Shown in pieces: positions 25,801 to 36,700 of a DNA stretch of 64,000 bases. The position numbers were made by a program, and so were the translations under genes. The DNA is taken from IMG/VR virus record IMGVR_UViG_3300032320_000771; one strand, written 5' to 3'. The notes under the pieces are model-generated. The model worked only from the letters and a program-made list of their open reading frames with translations. It made no database searches and was not told the origin of the DNA. The number at the start of each line of letters is the position of its first letter. The stretch's first letter is position 1. The stretch is from an uncultured virus (IMG/VR IMGVR_UViG_3300032320_000771) (taxonomy: Duplodnaviria > Heunggongvirae > Uroviricota > Caudoviricetes).

Positions 25801-27182
25801 TTTTCTTTTGAAAATGTAGACTTAGCAATATTCTTTCCTGGTTGAAATACTAATTGGTATTCTTTGTTTAAGTCTCCGAGAACAGTTCCAAATCCAAACT
25901 TAGGAGCTCCTTTTATAAAGCTTGCATTTGTTAATGACGGGAATACAAGTTTGTTACTATAGAAAATTAATGCTGTGTTGTTTAATGTATTCCAAAAAGA
26001 ACCTTTTGCAGCTTCTTTCATCATGTTTTCTTGTTCATTCAATGATGGTGCTCTTCCCTCATTTTCAGGATCTTCCATGAACTTATTATACAACTTATCA
26101 TATGTCTGATACTTTGTAAAACCTCCTTCTAACTTTCCTTCTGATAATGCTAAGTTCATTACCATCATGTCATGCCATAAAGCTCCTGCACTTTTTGAAG
26201 CTCTTGCAAGGTCATTAATGTTATTTACATTAATATCTAATAATGCAGCTTTAGTGTTAGCTAGTGGATTAGCAAAATTTAAAAAGTTTTTTCCCGCTGA
26301 AGCAAACAGTTCTTTGGCTTTATAAATTTGACTATAGTCTTGCATTGTTTGTGCAAGCTTAGTAACACCCTTAGCTGATTGATAAATAGACTTTGGTAAA
26401 GACGCTAGTCTATTAAAGAATTTACCAACTCCAAATGCAGCTCCACCAGCTACAGCACCAGGTGAAGCTCCTCCAACAACACCTTCAATGAGCACAGATT
26501 CTAGAACACCTTCTAGTAAAATACCCATGGAATAAGATGCAGATGTCAACAAGTTGACTGCAAAACCACCCAAGCCACCTTTACTTGACTGCCCAATTGC
26601 ATTGTAGTATTCGTAGTCTTTTGCACTTTGTTTATCTGCATAAAATAAACCATCCCCATCTATTACACTTTTGTAAGAGTTAATAGGGTCCATAAAACCT
26701 TTAGATAGCATTGGCCATGCTGCATGGTTCCAAAATCTAGATAGGTCATCACCAAATGTTGTGTTTTGATTAAACCAAGCCTCATTATTAATAAGTGGAT
26801 TAAATCCTATCTTATTAAATGTTTCTTGCCCATAGCCTTTGTATCTATCTCTAAATGTATTCTTAGGTGAACTATCATAACCGTAAGCATAACCATAAGT
26901 ATTTCTATCTTGATAGTTATTTATCTTACTCATTGTGTTATCAAATAATGCCTTGCCAGCAGCAACAGGATTATTTAACACATCTTGTTTAACTTGTGAT
27001 GGATAATAATTAGGAGATACACCAGTTACATTATCCTTAATTTGATAAATAGGATTTATTACCGGATTAGGTGCATTAAAATTAAATACAGTTGGTGCCG
27101 GCTGCTCAATTTTTGCAGGATCTAAAAAATCACTTTTTGCTGCAAGATCATCTATAGGATTGTTTGGTGTATTCTCTGCCAT
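19884..27182 (-). CDS. giant virion cargo/ejection protein (~2432 aa) with N-terminal Gly/Ala-rich membrane-like segment and PD-(D/E)XK nuclease-like domain
   Basis: Start probably MAENT at 27182, since the ATG at 27209 lies inside the upstream gene. GELDLLLIDTNGNLAVVDIK...YFTAQQSIY (~21978-22178); long helical regions. Confidence 0.8.
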   Translation of the reverse strand: MAENTPNNPIDDLAAKSDFLDPAKIEQPAPTVFNFNAPNPVINPIYQIKDNVTGVSPNYYPSQVKQDVLNNPVAAGKALFDNTMSKINNYQDRNTYGYAYGYDSSPKNTFRDRYKGYGQETFNKIGFNPLINNEAWFNQNTTFGDDLSRFWNHAAWPMLSKGFMDPINSYKSVIDGDGLFYADKQSAKDYEYYNAIGQSSKGGLGGFAVNLLTSASYSMGILLEGVLESVLIEGVVGGASPGAVAGGAAFGVGKFFNRLASLPKSIYQSAKGVTKLAQTMQDYSQIYKAKELFASAGKNFLNFANPLANTKAALLDINVNNINDLARASKSAGALWHDMMVMNLALSEGKLEGGFTKYQTYDKLYNKFMEDPENEGRAPSLNEQENMMKEAAKGSFWNTLNNTALIFYSNKLVFPSLTNASFIKGAPKFGFGTVLGDLNKEYQLVFQPGKNIAKSTFSKEKIGIVNAIKSLGRPSSYGKVGLNYFKANVVEGVQESLQDVLQEATQNYYVDTYKNPAAKNFMYATGLISDAINKQFTGQGAETFLSGFLMGSILQAPSKVKSFMTMGYNDYFNKSEKYKTYIEEREAEAESVVEHMNTMWKNSDLFFDPRMTNYATQSLLYNTVSNPDEKTTKEIKDDRFAAFQTAVISSLQRGTFDMFIKHYEKYKQATPQDIEEAWDLQPGQGAQAIENFNESLESAKKISYRYNQAKDKMKFLANLDDYEKDSYKYKMAKIYNSAYMQSLFNFVFLQGAYDDASTRLDKLYTKLASISSIKNSNFAEFAGLTDPVRLQKEIEMMKTEVETLEQTNVPNAAAEIGRKKLLLETYSNFKEKQEALLEAYINKNKLTALSEAILKANPGLSKEQLSLKAFDKLIEQFDQGKSNEFLEYKDAFKNLIFNLAENEDQKLDIQRQIDGMDKGFDGLFDDLLDTHILKNEKNNLIPLINILSNPNDFYDHLLRNFQWMRNLYYNRKNIIKDIVNSEITNIERNALINELADKGIFVDLEEFAKWTEDPMYEPEYFIDVKNNSIIPKGSLLYNEYYELFEKAAELEAVPPAGDQETDSEKLKGIIDDITQDRDQKIDKARQKFDEALKNKYNATEVELRQAAKEAAQASGEDLNVYEAKLAEYKEILESLETLSKIRNIAADLILKEVITDEQLSEATNIILNDPANEADIISLRDQIMAQDPEASDPNIAVENAGFYLALKPLIGDLIQEQQTAIDNFVSSDSIDVEQTEEWAQYQQELKDINAEFEELVKEAKLDFMEAGGNPTDVRTYSVDDSYEDFPQELQEQLTMAFDVFLVDRLKENISLKQDDFDKYNTLRTRWQEDQAEASEIINNYNTKLKEEAIKNSSTGITPPTLSFGNAVIEPGTPLENVTDLYLKYETSIANKEWETDNGDKIQLTPEDIKSMREDMKAIAAYIDSKEKAYKLKPIAQEVIERVEQTIFNKQNELVVSTDEDGFEFRTFRDARPEDPRPERATEVATQIEMELEEKDPFSYNRLDDNSIQNVFREVVLDNPIGTLEERIDAFLVNLSTYKQFKSDKKLAGIKESLMQDQSIENLEKVVSRFAFKETSDAGINIDAVIRQFLTLNPNGGFMGVPYDSTVSIRDKNVKVSDIMSKDAYNFLFHPITGSVTRLRRNMIDGGYQLFSGNVKVFDRNARGGKGVTGELDLLLIDTNGNLAVVDIKAAQENTWRNLGAPYALKKNGQEITDENGNKVKNKGNKKTYFTAQQSIYRNNIYNMSGLDTSILLFPIEMVVTMDGYIEKLSKPTSDLSKYNKLSQNGMFIILEPLDDATMQRFGFERTGPAEIETLPEIESEEEQVPEDAIVISDPAKQTLNQFLNQTIMYQGKIGTLINNLDGGFSIEIDEDGTKSIIDINLSGKNVKDGNINIVSVGLSPIAQVESIGQVSQIAGTTINARFLDKSEKTAEINGIKYTVNRDTAGAIVSLTYYTNDNEITKTQEQINKLNTEISDLQKQKKEGKNKNIEREIRKKSFELNRLNSLKTDLINKNKKRTRRGGNADDLIFALNRLPNKFQKQVSSTEPTDREDQVNLIAQLSESESVTKEIDRILFEHGTTKDVEDVFDGKLDNLTPAKQKEIEDWGIELIIKLEEYQSRLANEQRSTVPVDNVIAAVNETLNNLTAIKFFKNGKITKTSRKEFEARAKVQQSTNVPLIQKSAGATTEGVSGQTISREDLEKRIQESRQRTQGISVPSTTPVSTDAKADIERRRQEELNKNYENLTALMSKEEAYKGDDNMSKKINAKYDAELAALEDTDVETNVEDQDPFLEVVSQIVSEFTEADEKLETFSEGDIFLNVEPIGVFKKTNQTFILKSVDLEARTAELFSPIRKKSYTFTEQEIYDNFMRPTDEAKPVDEIQVTPQTKENVKSTEKNVSDLSKDPDALDKIEQESENLSSEERLAQVKNIFNKC

Positions 27183-27186
27183 AATA

Positions 27187-30100
27187 TTAATATTTCCAAA
27201 GTGGATCATTAGGATTTATACCAAAATTCTTAATTGCGTTTTCAATAGCTTCTGTATTATTAGTTTGATAGAAGTACTTAAACATTTGTTGATTATACTC
27301 ATTTTGTTTAGTAAGTAATGCCCAAGCATCTCTTTCTATGTCATCTATTTTTTGACCACTTTTTTTGTTCATGTCCATAAATTGCTCATACTCTACTGCA
27401 TTTCCATTCTGGTCCATAATTTTGGTAACTATTTTAGCACCATAATCAACCCCAGGAACTCCATTTATTTTTGATAAAGTATATCTACCAGCATTTTGAG
27501 GATGTGAATATTTAATATCTTGATTGCTTAATACAATTTCAGTTGCTGTTGGAGTAGATGTATTCCAAAGTTTGTGTGTCCAATAGCTATGTGGTGCAAT
27601 AACAGTAATACCATTTTGAACAATTTTATCTTGAGCTCTTGCTAAATCAGCTGCCTCATAATCTCCTTCTAAAGATTTCATTACTTTTTCTACAACAGAT
27701 CTTGGAACATTAAATGTAGTAGAACCTAATTTATTACTTTCTCTTGCTACTCTTGAAGTTGATAAAAAGAAATCTGGTAAATCTGATTTTCCCATTTGAG
27801 AGTACAAAGTACTTAAGAATGATCTTGCTAGATCATCTTGTAAACCATCTCCTTCTCCTTCAGCTGGTAAATTATTTGAGAAAGCAAAATTAAAATCTGC
27901 CCCTTGTGGTAGATTTAATGCATCTCTAATAGCTTGAAGTGCAGCTTGATGACCAAAGTCTCCACCAAAATCTGAGTCAACTTTTACAGTTTGATTCTGA
28001 GAAGCTATAGATACCATGTCACCACCTCTAGAAACTGTTTGTACAAATGAATGCAAACCTTTATCTGGATTATTATTAGATGCTAGTTCTACATATGACT
28101 TATCCAAAATGTCAGTAACCCAGTTTGCTGGTACATTAACTCTATTACCTGTAACTGCATCATAAATAGCTTCAGCACCATATACTCCAGGTATATATTC
28201 CCACCAACTTCTATCTCTTTTATTTTCAGTATTTTTTATAAAAGAAGCTCCAAGATCCCCACTTATCATTCTATTTAACTCATCTGAATTTTTTCTAACA
28301 GCATCCCAGTCATACCCACTAGCAACATACTCATTCATGATTCTATCTACTGCGGTATTTATCTGTTCATTTGTTACATTAATACCACTACCTTTTAATT
28401 TATCAGCACTGAATTTTAGATTTTCTGTAAAGGCATCTTTGATTTTTTTAGCATTATTTGCTCTAGTAATTTCCATTGCTTCAGCTTTTCTGCCTAACTG
28501 TTCTAACTCAAATATTGTAGGATCATTAACTAATTGTTGAGCAATTTGGTTACCATTGTGTCTAGTAGCAAATTGTTTCATGAGCCAATTTAAATGGAAT
28601 ATGTCCCCATACTTAGTTACTTTTTTTACAAATGCATCTTTATCACCTTTACTATATTCACTATATATCTCATTCCAAATTTGTTTAGCTTTATTTTGAT
28701 TTGGATATTTTTTACCTTGATCTATAATTTTATCAATAGTAGGATCACCAGATCTAAAGTGATTTAATACCTGACCTAATTGTTGATTTGTAAATTGATT
28801 TCCATTCTCACTATTAACTAAAGCATTAATATAAGTCATCATTGAGTTTACACCTGGTCCAACTTTTTCATTAATTACTTCATCAAATACTTGTTGATTT
28901 AATTTATCAAACTGAATTCCCTCTGATGTTTGACCAGACTCATCTTTTTTACCATGGAAAATTAAGTCAAACCCTGAATTTTGTGGATTCATCTCAAATG
29001 AACCATCTGCTTTATAGTAGGCTCTACCTTTAGCTACCATAGCTTCTTGGTATTTTGTTTGACGTTTTAGTCTTTCAGCCTCTTGTTGCTCTAATAGTTT
29101 ATACTCATGTGATTTAGATAGTCTTGCATTAGCAGAAGCCTCTCTAAATTTAGCTATAGAAACAGCATCTGGTTTATATTCTATTTCATAGTTACTATAT
29201 GCATATGATCCAGCAGCACTGTTTATATCTGATCCTGCGGAATAAGATGCCATAGCTGCATCAACTTTTAATCTAGCTAATTCCATATTAGCTAATATAT
29301 CTTTTTCTTGAGCTGGTACAGTTGAAGTTCCAACTCCTGGATTTAACTGAGTATTTAAATCAGATGTATAATTCTCAACATCTTGAGATACATTTAACAT
29401 CTCATTTAATCTTTCTAAATAACTTTTCTGCATTGGATTTACATTGCCTGTAGCAACATCTCTCTGCACATTAGCTTGTAAGTTCTTAGAAGTGTTTAAA
29501 TTATCTTTAGCTTTTTGATCTTGTTGAGCTGATAAATTTTTAAGCCAATCATATTTTTCTTTTATGTATTGTTTTTCAGCTTCAAGTTTATTACCTCCAA
29601 ATTTTTCTGCATTTTGATTTGCATAATCCATTCTTTCAACAAATGCTTTCTCTTTATAGAACTTTTGCATGTCAGGTCTATTTGCATACTGTGCCCAAAA
29701 GATTTGTTGAAGTCCAGGCATTAACTGCTCTCCGTTCTTTTTTCTTACTAAATACATACCATCAGGAGTTTGTGTTACCATCCCAATGTCATACTTCTTA
29801 GCAAAATCCATATACTCTTTAACAACATCCACTTTAGGTGTGTACTGTGCATCAGCTATACTTAATGTTTCATCTAGAGTAGCATCTTTAAACATTTGTC
29901 TTCTATACTCAAGACCTCTAATACCTTCATCCCAGTACTTTGCGGCTTGTTTTTCATCTGGAGAATTTAATAATGCTGTTGCATTAGCATAAGTATTCTT
30001 CCAGTTTTTTGTATATGCCATGTCCTTAATCAAATACTTATCCTCATAGAAAGGTCTAAATACTTGCATAGCTTGATTAACATTCTGTTCTAAAGACAGA

Positions 30101-30345
30101 TCAAGTCCAGAAACTCTTTTAAGATTAAAGTCTATTTGTTTTAATAACTCATCTTTCTTTTTAATATTTTGATCATGAGTTAAATCTGCACCATATAGTT
30201 GACCATATAAATTATTTAATGCATTCCAGTTTGTATCATACTGGGTTTGTTTTGTTTGCAACAAGTTTGCATAAAAATTTAAATCAGGCTGAAAAGGCTG
30301 ATAATCTGGTATATAGTCTGTGACTCCTTGTAAGTACGTTGCCAT
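27187..30345 (-). CDS. putative virion cargo/internal protein (1052 aa)
   Basis: Long ORF in the cargo cluster, helical/coiled-coil, no Cys seen; N-terminus YIPDYQPFQPD resembles crAss-like cargo proteins (recall). Confidence 0.7.
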   Translation of the reverse strand: MATYLQGVTDYIPDYQPFQPDLNFYANLLQTKQTQYDTNWNALNNLYGQLYGADLTHDQNIKKKDELLKQIDFNLKRVSGLDLSLEQNVNQAMQVFRPFYEDKYLIKDMAYTKNWKNTYANATALLNSPDEKQAAKYWDEGIRGLEYRRQMFKDATLDETLSIADAQYTPKVDVVKEYMDFAKKYDIGMVTQTPDGMYLVRKKNGEQLMPGLQQIFWAQYANRPDMQKFYKEKAFVERMDYANQNAEKFGGNKLEAEKQYIKEKYDWLKNLSAQQDQKAKDNLNTSKNLQANVQRDVATGNVNPMQKSYLERLNEMLNVSQDVENYTSDLNTQLNPGVGTSTVPAQEKDILANMELARLKVDAAMASYSAGSDINSAAGSYAYSNYEIEYKPDAVSIAKFREASANARLSKSHEYKLLEQQEAERLKRQTKYQEAMVAKGRAYYKADGSFEMNPQNSGFDLIFHGKKDESGQTSEGIQFDKLNQQVFDEVINEKVGPGVNSMMTYINALVNSENGNQFTNQQLGQVLNHFRSGDPTIDKIIDQGKKYPNQNKAKQIWNEIYSEYSKGDKDAFVKKVTKYGDIFHLNWLMKQFATRHNGNQIAQQLVNDPTIFELEQLGRKAEAMEITRANNAKKIKDAFTENLKFSADKLKGSGINVTNEQINTAVDRIMNEYVASGYDWDAVRKNSDELNRMISGDLGASFIKNTENKRDRSWWEYIPGVYGAEAIYDAVTGNRVNVPANWVTDILDKSYVELASNNNPDKGLHSFVQTVSRGGDMVSIASQNQTVKVDSDFGGDFGHQAALQAIRDALNLPQGADFNFAFSNNLPAEGEGDGLQDDLARSFLSTLYSQMGKSDLPDFFLSTSRVARESNKLGSTTFNVPRSVVEKVMKSLEGDYEAADLARAQDKIVQNGITVIAPHSYWTHKLWNTSTPTATEIVLSNQDIKYSHPQNAGRYTLSKINGVPGVDYGAKIVTKIMDQNGNAVEYEQFMDMNKKSGQKIDDIERDAWALLTKQNEYNQQMFKYFYQTNNTEAIENAIKNFGINPNDPLWKY

Positions 30346-30360
30346 AGTGTAAAACTATTA

Positions 30361-30394
30361 AAATTTTTTAAGTTTATTAAACATATAAAGTTTA
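30361..30394. promoter_or_regulatory. tandem imperfect palindrome AAATTT-TTT-AAGTTT / TAAACAT-ATA-AAGTTTA
   Basis: Overlaps the stop of the 1121 aa gene; near-identical to 37587-37603. Confidence 0.5.
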
Positions 30395-33300
30395 GTCCAT
30401 AAATGGAAACCATGAATTAACATAAACATATCCAGGATGATTTGCTTCCCCACCTTTTTTCCTTTTAGAATACATTCCCATACCAATTTGTGAATTTGCA
30501 CCTGTACTAGAAGCTGTACTGGTTCCTGCAGATGCTTTAGCACAATCTCTTAATAATGCTTCACTCATGCCAGGATTATTTTTCTTACACTCATCATATG
30601 CTTTTTGCCATGAATTAGCACTAGAACCAGCATTAGGATTAGTTGTTTTTTCAGTAGGGTTATACTCCATTCTACCACCTACTCCTGGAGATACTTTATA
30701 GTTAGGATACATTTGATTTAATGCATCTGTTTGCCATCTATTAGTAATTGCGTTAGTATAGTAGTTTCTCAAGTTATTTCTCATTGCCAATTTAGCATTA
30801 TCAAACTGTTGATTAGCAACTGTATTTTGATCATACAATCTTTGAGCATTAGCTTGTTTTAACATGCTTTCTTGATTAGCAATGTCAGTTCCTTTTAACT
30901 CAAATTGATTTGCTATATTAACATTAGCATTGTTATACTTAGAAAGTATGTCCGCAGCATTTTTAGCAGCTTGTCCCTGTACACTTGCAGACCTTGCAGA
31001 CAATGCTTGTGGTCCTGCAAACTGAGCCATACCTTGTGTTTGTATATTGGCTTGTTCAGCATTAGCAGCAAGTTCTCTTGTGGGATCTAAAAAGGCTGGT
31101 CTTGGTTTTTGTAATTCTCCAGCAGGAGCCCAAGGCATATACTTTTTAACTCCCATTAAGTCTCCAAATGCACCAGTAGTTTTAATTGTATCTTGTAACC
31201 ACCATTCAGCTGGAGGTCCAGGAATATCTAAATCTTCTTCTTTTTCACATGGAGGACAAGTACCATCTGCATTTCTAGGTTGTGTTATTTCAGTTTGATT
31301 ACCTTGCTCATCTGTTACAACACAAGGACAAGGATTTTCTTGAGGTGGATTTTTACATAAATCTGGATTACATTGTTTTGTATTTGGATCAAATCTACCA
31401 TAATTTGGTTTAGTAGAATCATCACATTGACAACCAGGATCTTCAATATCTTTATATACAAACTTTTGTTCTCCAACAACAATTTTTTCACCAGAAGTTG
31501 TATCACCACGAGTTGTAAACTGACCCCGCATTAAGTTACCAGCTCCTGTTTTTGTATACCAATTATTATTTTTATAATCATATGTATCATCAAGTGGAGA
31601 AATTTTATTTCCCATTACTCCATATAAAGCCCCCATTGATGATTCATCAGCTGCACCTACATTAGCCATGTTTACATTTCCTAAGAAATTATACATAGCA
31701 TATTTAGTGTCAGGGTCTGTATAAACTCCTTTTTGGTAATTGTCATAAGTTTTTGCATAACCATGCATAGTTGCTTGTTGCAAAACTCTATTTCTTCCTT
31801 TTTGATCTAATGGTACATTAAGTCCTTGTGCTAGAGATGCAATATTTGTCCAACCTTTATTAGTTAAAAATTTAATGGCATCAGTAGCTTCTTGCAAAGT
31901 ATACGCAGCTCCTGTTTTTGGATTTATATATCCTTCAGAAACAACTTTTGCTGGAGTATCTAATTTATCCCCAACATCTGAATATAATTGTGGATCAATT
32001 TCATTTGCTTCAAATATTAAATTTGTTCTATTTAAGTTTAATGCTGCATTAATAATTTCTTCTTCATCTGGATCTGCACCATATAAGTTGCTCCATTTTC
32101 TATTTGGATCTAAAGCACCAGTTTTTCCTTTCCAAGCAGCAGGATCATTAATAGCATATTTAGTATTTTTAATAATTTCAGCCCTTACCTTTGGATCTTT
32201 TAAGTTTTTTTCAATTAAATAATATTGAGCAGCTGCAAGTCTACCAGCGTCAGTAGATGGAAAACCTTTTAAATCAGTAATGTCTTTACCTGAAGGAACT
32301 TGAAATCCTTGTGATTCTACAGTTTGTGTAATAACTTTTCCTGTATTTGGATCTTTTCTAGTTACTGTTATTTCAGCATTAGGATTATTATTTTTTGCCA
32401 TCCAAATTTCTTTTTGAATTTGGTCTTCTGTTTTACCAGTTGAATCAATAACAATTCCATTACCAGCTTTTATTAAAGGTTTAGTTCTACCTTGATAATT
32501 TTGTGACATACCAGTTCCCATAGGCATACCATAGTCTGCTTCTGGAAGTTCTTCTTCATACTCTGGTTCATCATAAAATGGCATATCATAACCACCCATT
32601 GACATACCATACATAGCCATTGGTGGTCCTTGTTCTTGTGGTTGTTGAGCCATCATTTGCTCTTGACCACCTTGCATCTGTTGCATTACTTGTTGAACAA
32701 TGCCAACAGCCTCTTCTTCAGGAACACCTAGTTCAATAAATATTTCTACTATAGTTTCTGGAGGAAGTTGATTCTGCATTAAACTCATCACAACTTCTTC
32801 TGGATCAGCTCCCTGTTGTAACGCAGCTCCTACCTCTTGAACTATTTCCATCATGCCACCATCACCTTGTTCTTGTTCCATCATTTCTGGTGGAACTTGT
32901 GCCATGCCTTCTTGTGCTCTTCTTAAGTTTCTATAGCCACCATACATCATCATCTCTTCAGGAGATGGTTGTTGCATTTGTTCTTGTGGTTGTGCAACTG
33001 GTTGACCCTGATTTATTTGTTGAGCTTCAGCAGCTTGTTCATCAGAATATTCATCCTGCATAGTTTCATCAGCATTTTCTTTTTGCTTATACTTTGCTTC
33101 TATCTGATCTTTAAGAGCTACTATTTCTTGTTTAGGTGCAATTTGTTCTTCAGTAATTCCTTTAGCTTCCATACAAGGTCTAGCTACTGCTGGGATGCCT
33201 TGTGGAAATCCTTTTTTAGCTTCTTGTGCAAGAGCAAGACATCCAAGTTTTACTACAAACTTTTTAATCATTAACTCAGCTGTCTCTCTGTCTAATTTAT

Positions 33301-33757
33301 CTGACTCAGGATCTTCTAGAATTTTTCTATATTTCTGGATGTCATATTGTTTAGCTAACTGAGCTGGAGTATAAGCTTTATTTGTTCCTGCCTTACCAAA
33401 CATATCTAGTATTTCAGGATCTTTTATCTTCATACCTCTAGTATCACTAAAGATAAAAGTGTCATCAGGAAGGTTTAATGGTACTCCGCCAGAATGGTGT
33501 CTTGGTCCTTTGATTATTTGATGCTCTGGCATCCCATCACCATTGATATCTCCATATACTGTTTCTCCTCCTTCTGCTTCTAAGTTAGCTTCATCTCTTG
33601 GAACAGCTGTGATATACTTACTTTCTCTAAGTTTAGGTTTACCAATGTATGCATTATAGTCTGCACCACCCATTGCTGGTACATCATTAACTAATGCTCC
33701 TTGAACTTGGTATCCAGTTCTAGCTTTAGGTATTTTTTTAATTTTAACTTTTATCAT
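30392..33757 (-). CDS. putative virion cargo protein (1121 aa) with EAEGGE...GPRHHSGG...FIFSD N-terminal domain and Q/M/E-rich linker
   Basis: Conserved-looking N-terminal motif and a DxNxDG loop (GDINGDG); xxGG/LPxAxxG motifs; small Cys cluster; Q/N/A-rich helical C-terminus. Confidence 0.7.
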   Translation of the reverse strand: MIKVKIKKIPKARTGYQVQGALVNDVPAMGGADYNAYIGKPKLRESKYITAVPRDEANLEAEGGETVYGDINGDGMPEHQIIKGPRHHSGGVPLNLPDDTFIFSDTRGMKIKDPEILDMFGKAGTNKAYTPAQLAKQYDIQKYRKILEDPESDKLDRETAELMIKKFVVKLGCLALAQEAKKGFPQGIPAVARPCMEAKGITEEQIAPKQEIVALKDQIEAKYKQKENADETMQDEYSDEQAAEAQQINQGQPVAQPQEQMQQPSPEEMMMYGGYRNLRRAQEGMAQVPPEMMEQEQGDGGMMEIVQEVGAALQQGADPEEVVMSLMQNQLPPETIVEIFIELGVPEEEAVGIVQQVMQQMQGGQEQMMAQQPQEQGPPMAMYGMSMGGYDMPFYDEPEYEEELPEADYGMPMGTGMSQNYQGRTKPLIKAGNGIVIDSTGKTEDQIQKEIWMAKNNNPNAEITVTRKDPNTGKVITQTVESQGFQVPSGKDITDLKGFPSTDAGRLAAAQYYLIEKNLKDPKVRAEIIKNTKYAINDPAAWKGKTGALDPNRKWSNLYGADPDEEEIINAALNLNRTNLIFEANEIDPQLYSDVGDKLDTPAKVVSEGYINPKTGAAYTLQEATDAIKFLTNKGWTNIASLAQGLNVPLDQKGRNRVLQQATMHGYAKTYDNYQKGVYTDPDTKYAMYNFLGNVNMANVGAADESSMGALYGVMGNKISPLDDTYDYKNNNWYTKTGAGNLMRGQFTTRGDTTSGEKIVVGEQKFVYKDIEDPGCQCDDSTKPNYGRFDPNTKQCNPDLCKNPPQENPCPCVVTDEQGNQTEITQPRNADGTCPPCEKEEDLDIPGPPAEWWLQDTIKTTGAFGDLMGVKKYMPWAPAGELQKPRPAFLDPTRELAANAEQANIQTQGMAQFAGPQALSARSASVQGQAAKNAADILSKYNNANVNIANQFELKGTDIANQESMLKQANAQRLYDQNTVANQQFDNAKLAMRNNLRNYYTNAITNRWQTDALNQMYPNYKVSPGVGGRMEYNPTEKTTNPNAGSSANSWQKAYDECKKNNPGMSEALLRDCAKASAGTSTASSTGANSQIGMGMYSKRKKGGEANHPGYVYVNSWFPFMD

Positions 33758-33765
33758 TTGTAATA

Positions 33766-36700
33766 TTATAAATATTCAACTTGTCCGCCAGCTTTTAAAA
33801 ATTGTTGTAGTTCTTCAGGAGTCATGTAAACTTCTTCTTCTTCCATATATGGATCTGTATACCCGCCATCTTCTAAAAATCCACCGTATGCTAAGAACCC
33901 GCCAGTTGCTGCTCCAGGATAATTTCCAAAAGTAGAGAAACTATTATTTTCACTTCCTTGTTCAGGACCTCTGAATCCAATGTTTTGACCAATATCTTGT
34001 TGGTCTCCCTTATGAGTTTGATTACTAATAGGTACTTGTCTTAGTAAGTTAGTTGCTTGATATGTGGTAGCTAAGCTTCTAGGATTGTTTTGTAATCTAT
34101 TAATGTATCCAGAAGTAGCATTTAGTCCAGCATTAAACACATTATTAAAAGCTTCTCCGTCCATTGTAGTTACTTTTCTATACTGTGTTGGATCATAATA
34201 ATTTGTATCATGTTTTTGATCTTGATTAGGATTTGCAAACATGTTACTATTTAATGTTGTTTGATCTCTAAAATCCGTCACAGGTATAAATGAATTATCT
34301 ACCATATTATTTTGAGGAACATTAGGATTATATTCATATGGTGAAACATTTGAACTAGCTAAATTTATATCTCCTTGAGAAGGATCAGATATACCACCAA
34401 TGTCATATTTTGGTTGAAGCAGTGCACCAAAAGGTAAACTTCTTGTTAAGAACTTCCGCATGTTGCTAGGTTCACCTCTACCAGAATCTCTTGCCATTAA
34501 CATTGGTAAAACTCTGTATCTATCTTCTGTACCAAAGTCTTTACTAAATTGTCTTAAATTTTTTCTACTATAAGGGTTATCTCTTCTACTCATTTTTGGA
34601 GCGGTAGTAAGATAACTTCTAAATATAGGATTCCATGGTAAAAGAGTATTTGCCATACTAGGTCTTCCTTGTACTACTCTTGGTTTATATACCGTTTTCA
34701 TAAGAGGAACACACTGTTGATACTTTTCACTCCACACAGATCCTGGAGGACATGATTTTCCCCAATGCTCTTTAATTAAATTAGGATCATCTAAATCAAG
34801 CCACTGTTTATCTTCACCTCCTTGAGGAGTTTGACCTATAATATATTGTCCACCTGATCCTCCTGGTACTATGTGACCATTACCTGCTTCTGGTAAACTA
34901 TATGGTTCATAAAAGTCTGCCTCATCACCACCACTAATAAATTTAGTAAGAGGATTTTTAGAATCCATATCTATAAAACCACCATGTTCTGCAAATTGTT
35001 GTTGCATTTGTTGTGCTGGATCTTGATCTTGACCCATAAAGATATTCATGAGTTGTGGATCACCAGATTTTTGAACAGCATTATATAACTCTTCAGTTGC
35101 AACTTTGTCAGCTTGTGCTTTTAATTTAGGAAAAAAACCTTTCTTTTTAGTTACATCATTTTTAAGATTGTCCATTCTATTGCCCTTACCAAATTCTCCA
35201 CCCGGTGCAAACTTAGACATTACATTTTTAACAAACTGTTTTTTCTGAGCCCCTCCTTTTTTATAATCAGGTGCTAGTGTACCCCAACCTTTATCATTAA
35301 TGGTATCTCCATTCTCAATAAGCATACTATCTTTATCATATCCAGATCTAGTAACTCCAAAGTTTCTATCATTACCAACTCTAGTTCTACCTTCAAGATT
35401 TATATTTTCTTTAAGAATTGATTCTTTTTGCCCTTTGTCGGTTATATCGTCTTTATCTGGTTGACTTAAGAATTGATTATAACCTAAATATCCTAGACCA
35501 CCAAGTATACCTGCATACTTTAAAAAGTTTGCACCTGTTTGAAAATTACGATTTTTTAATAAATTATAATCTGCATACTGAGCACCAAAAGGTTGATCTC
35601 CAAAAGTCATTCCTCCAGGAGCTTGTGGTCCTATTTCTCTTTGAGCACCTAAGAACTGTGTTTTAATATTACTTGCATTTGGATAAAATTTACTTCTTGC
35701 TACAAATCCTGGGTATGTAAAAGGTAAACTCATTGGTGAAAACACAATTGGCTTACCAATCATATTCCAAGCTGTATTCCAACCAGATACTGGTTCTTTT
35801 TTTAATGGGTTTTCAGAAATAATTTGCGGATATGTAGAAAGATCTAATCCGGGATACTTAGCTGTAAAAGGAAATCTATATGGAGAGTTATACCAATTTA
35901 ACTGATTACCCATATAATAGTTTTTATCAACTGTCTCTAAAGGTAATTTTGTTTTAGGATCAATTATTTCTTTTGTCTTAGGATCTATAATAAGTTCATC
36001 TTTTATTGTTAAAGCTTTCTTATTATATCCTTTTAATCTAGTTGGAACTTCTGAAACAATTTCTACTTTAAACAACCCATTCTCATCTTTTGTAAATTTA
36101 AGTTTACCATTGTTTTGTCTATGGATACTTAAAAAATCTAACTCAGGAGAAATTGATTCTGGAATTCCAGTATTACGTAATTCTGATAATTTATTAAGAT
36201 CTAACTCTGCAGATTTCTTTTTACCCTTAGCTAATAAAGCATCTAACTGTTCTGTATTCTTTAGTAAAAAATCTGCAAGAGATGGGTCAAGATTAAAACC
36301 TAATCCTGTATTAAATGATCCGTCTGCATTTTTTTGTAAAACAGATGGTTCATATTTATCATTTTCAATAAGCGCATTAATATCAGTAATAATCTTTGTG
36401 GTTGTTGTAGAAGGTGCAACTTCAGCTCTCCACTTCTCTCTCCAGTTTTGTGGTCTTACTGTATTTATTAATGTTCCTAAATTTTCTACTTGTCTACCAA
36501 CAACTCCTCTATCTGATATAGGATTTTTTCTAGCATAAAAGTTTTGATATTTTTGCCATGTGGATGGTGCAGTAACAGTTTCTTGTGGTGTTACAATTCT
36601 TTGAGGCCCAGTGTTTTCTACAACAGGAATTTCAGTACTTGTTGTTCCAGCTGTTGGAGCTTCAGTTTCTGTAGGTGTTTTTTCTTTTCTTGGTCTACCA

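Noticed and set aside
27183..27209. ATG at 27209 as the start of the 2441 aa ORF
   Set aside because: It overlaps the end of the upstream gene; the ATG at 27182, 4 nt after the upstream stop, fits the operon's coupling better.
32520..33070. Q/M/E-rich quasi-repeats in the 1121 aa gene as a DNA tandem repeat
   Set aside because: Low-complexity protein linker without exact nucleotide periodicity.
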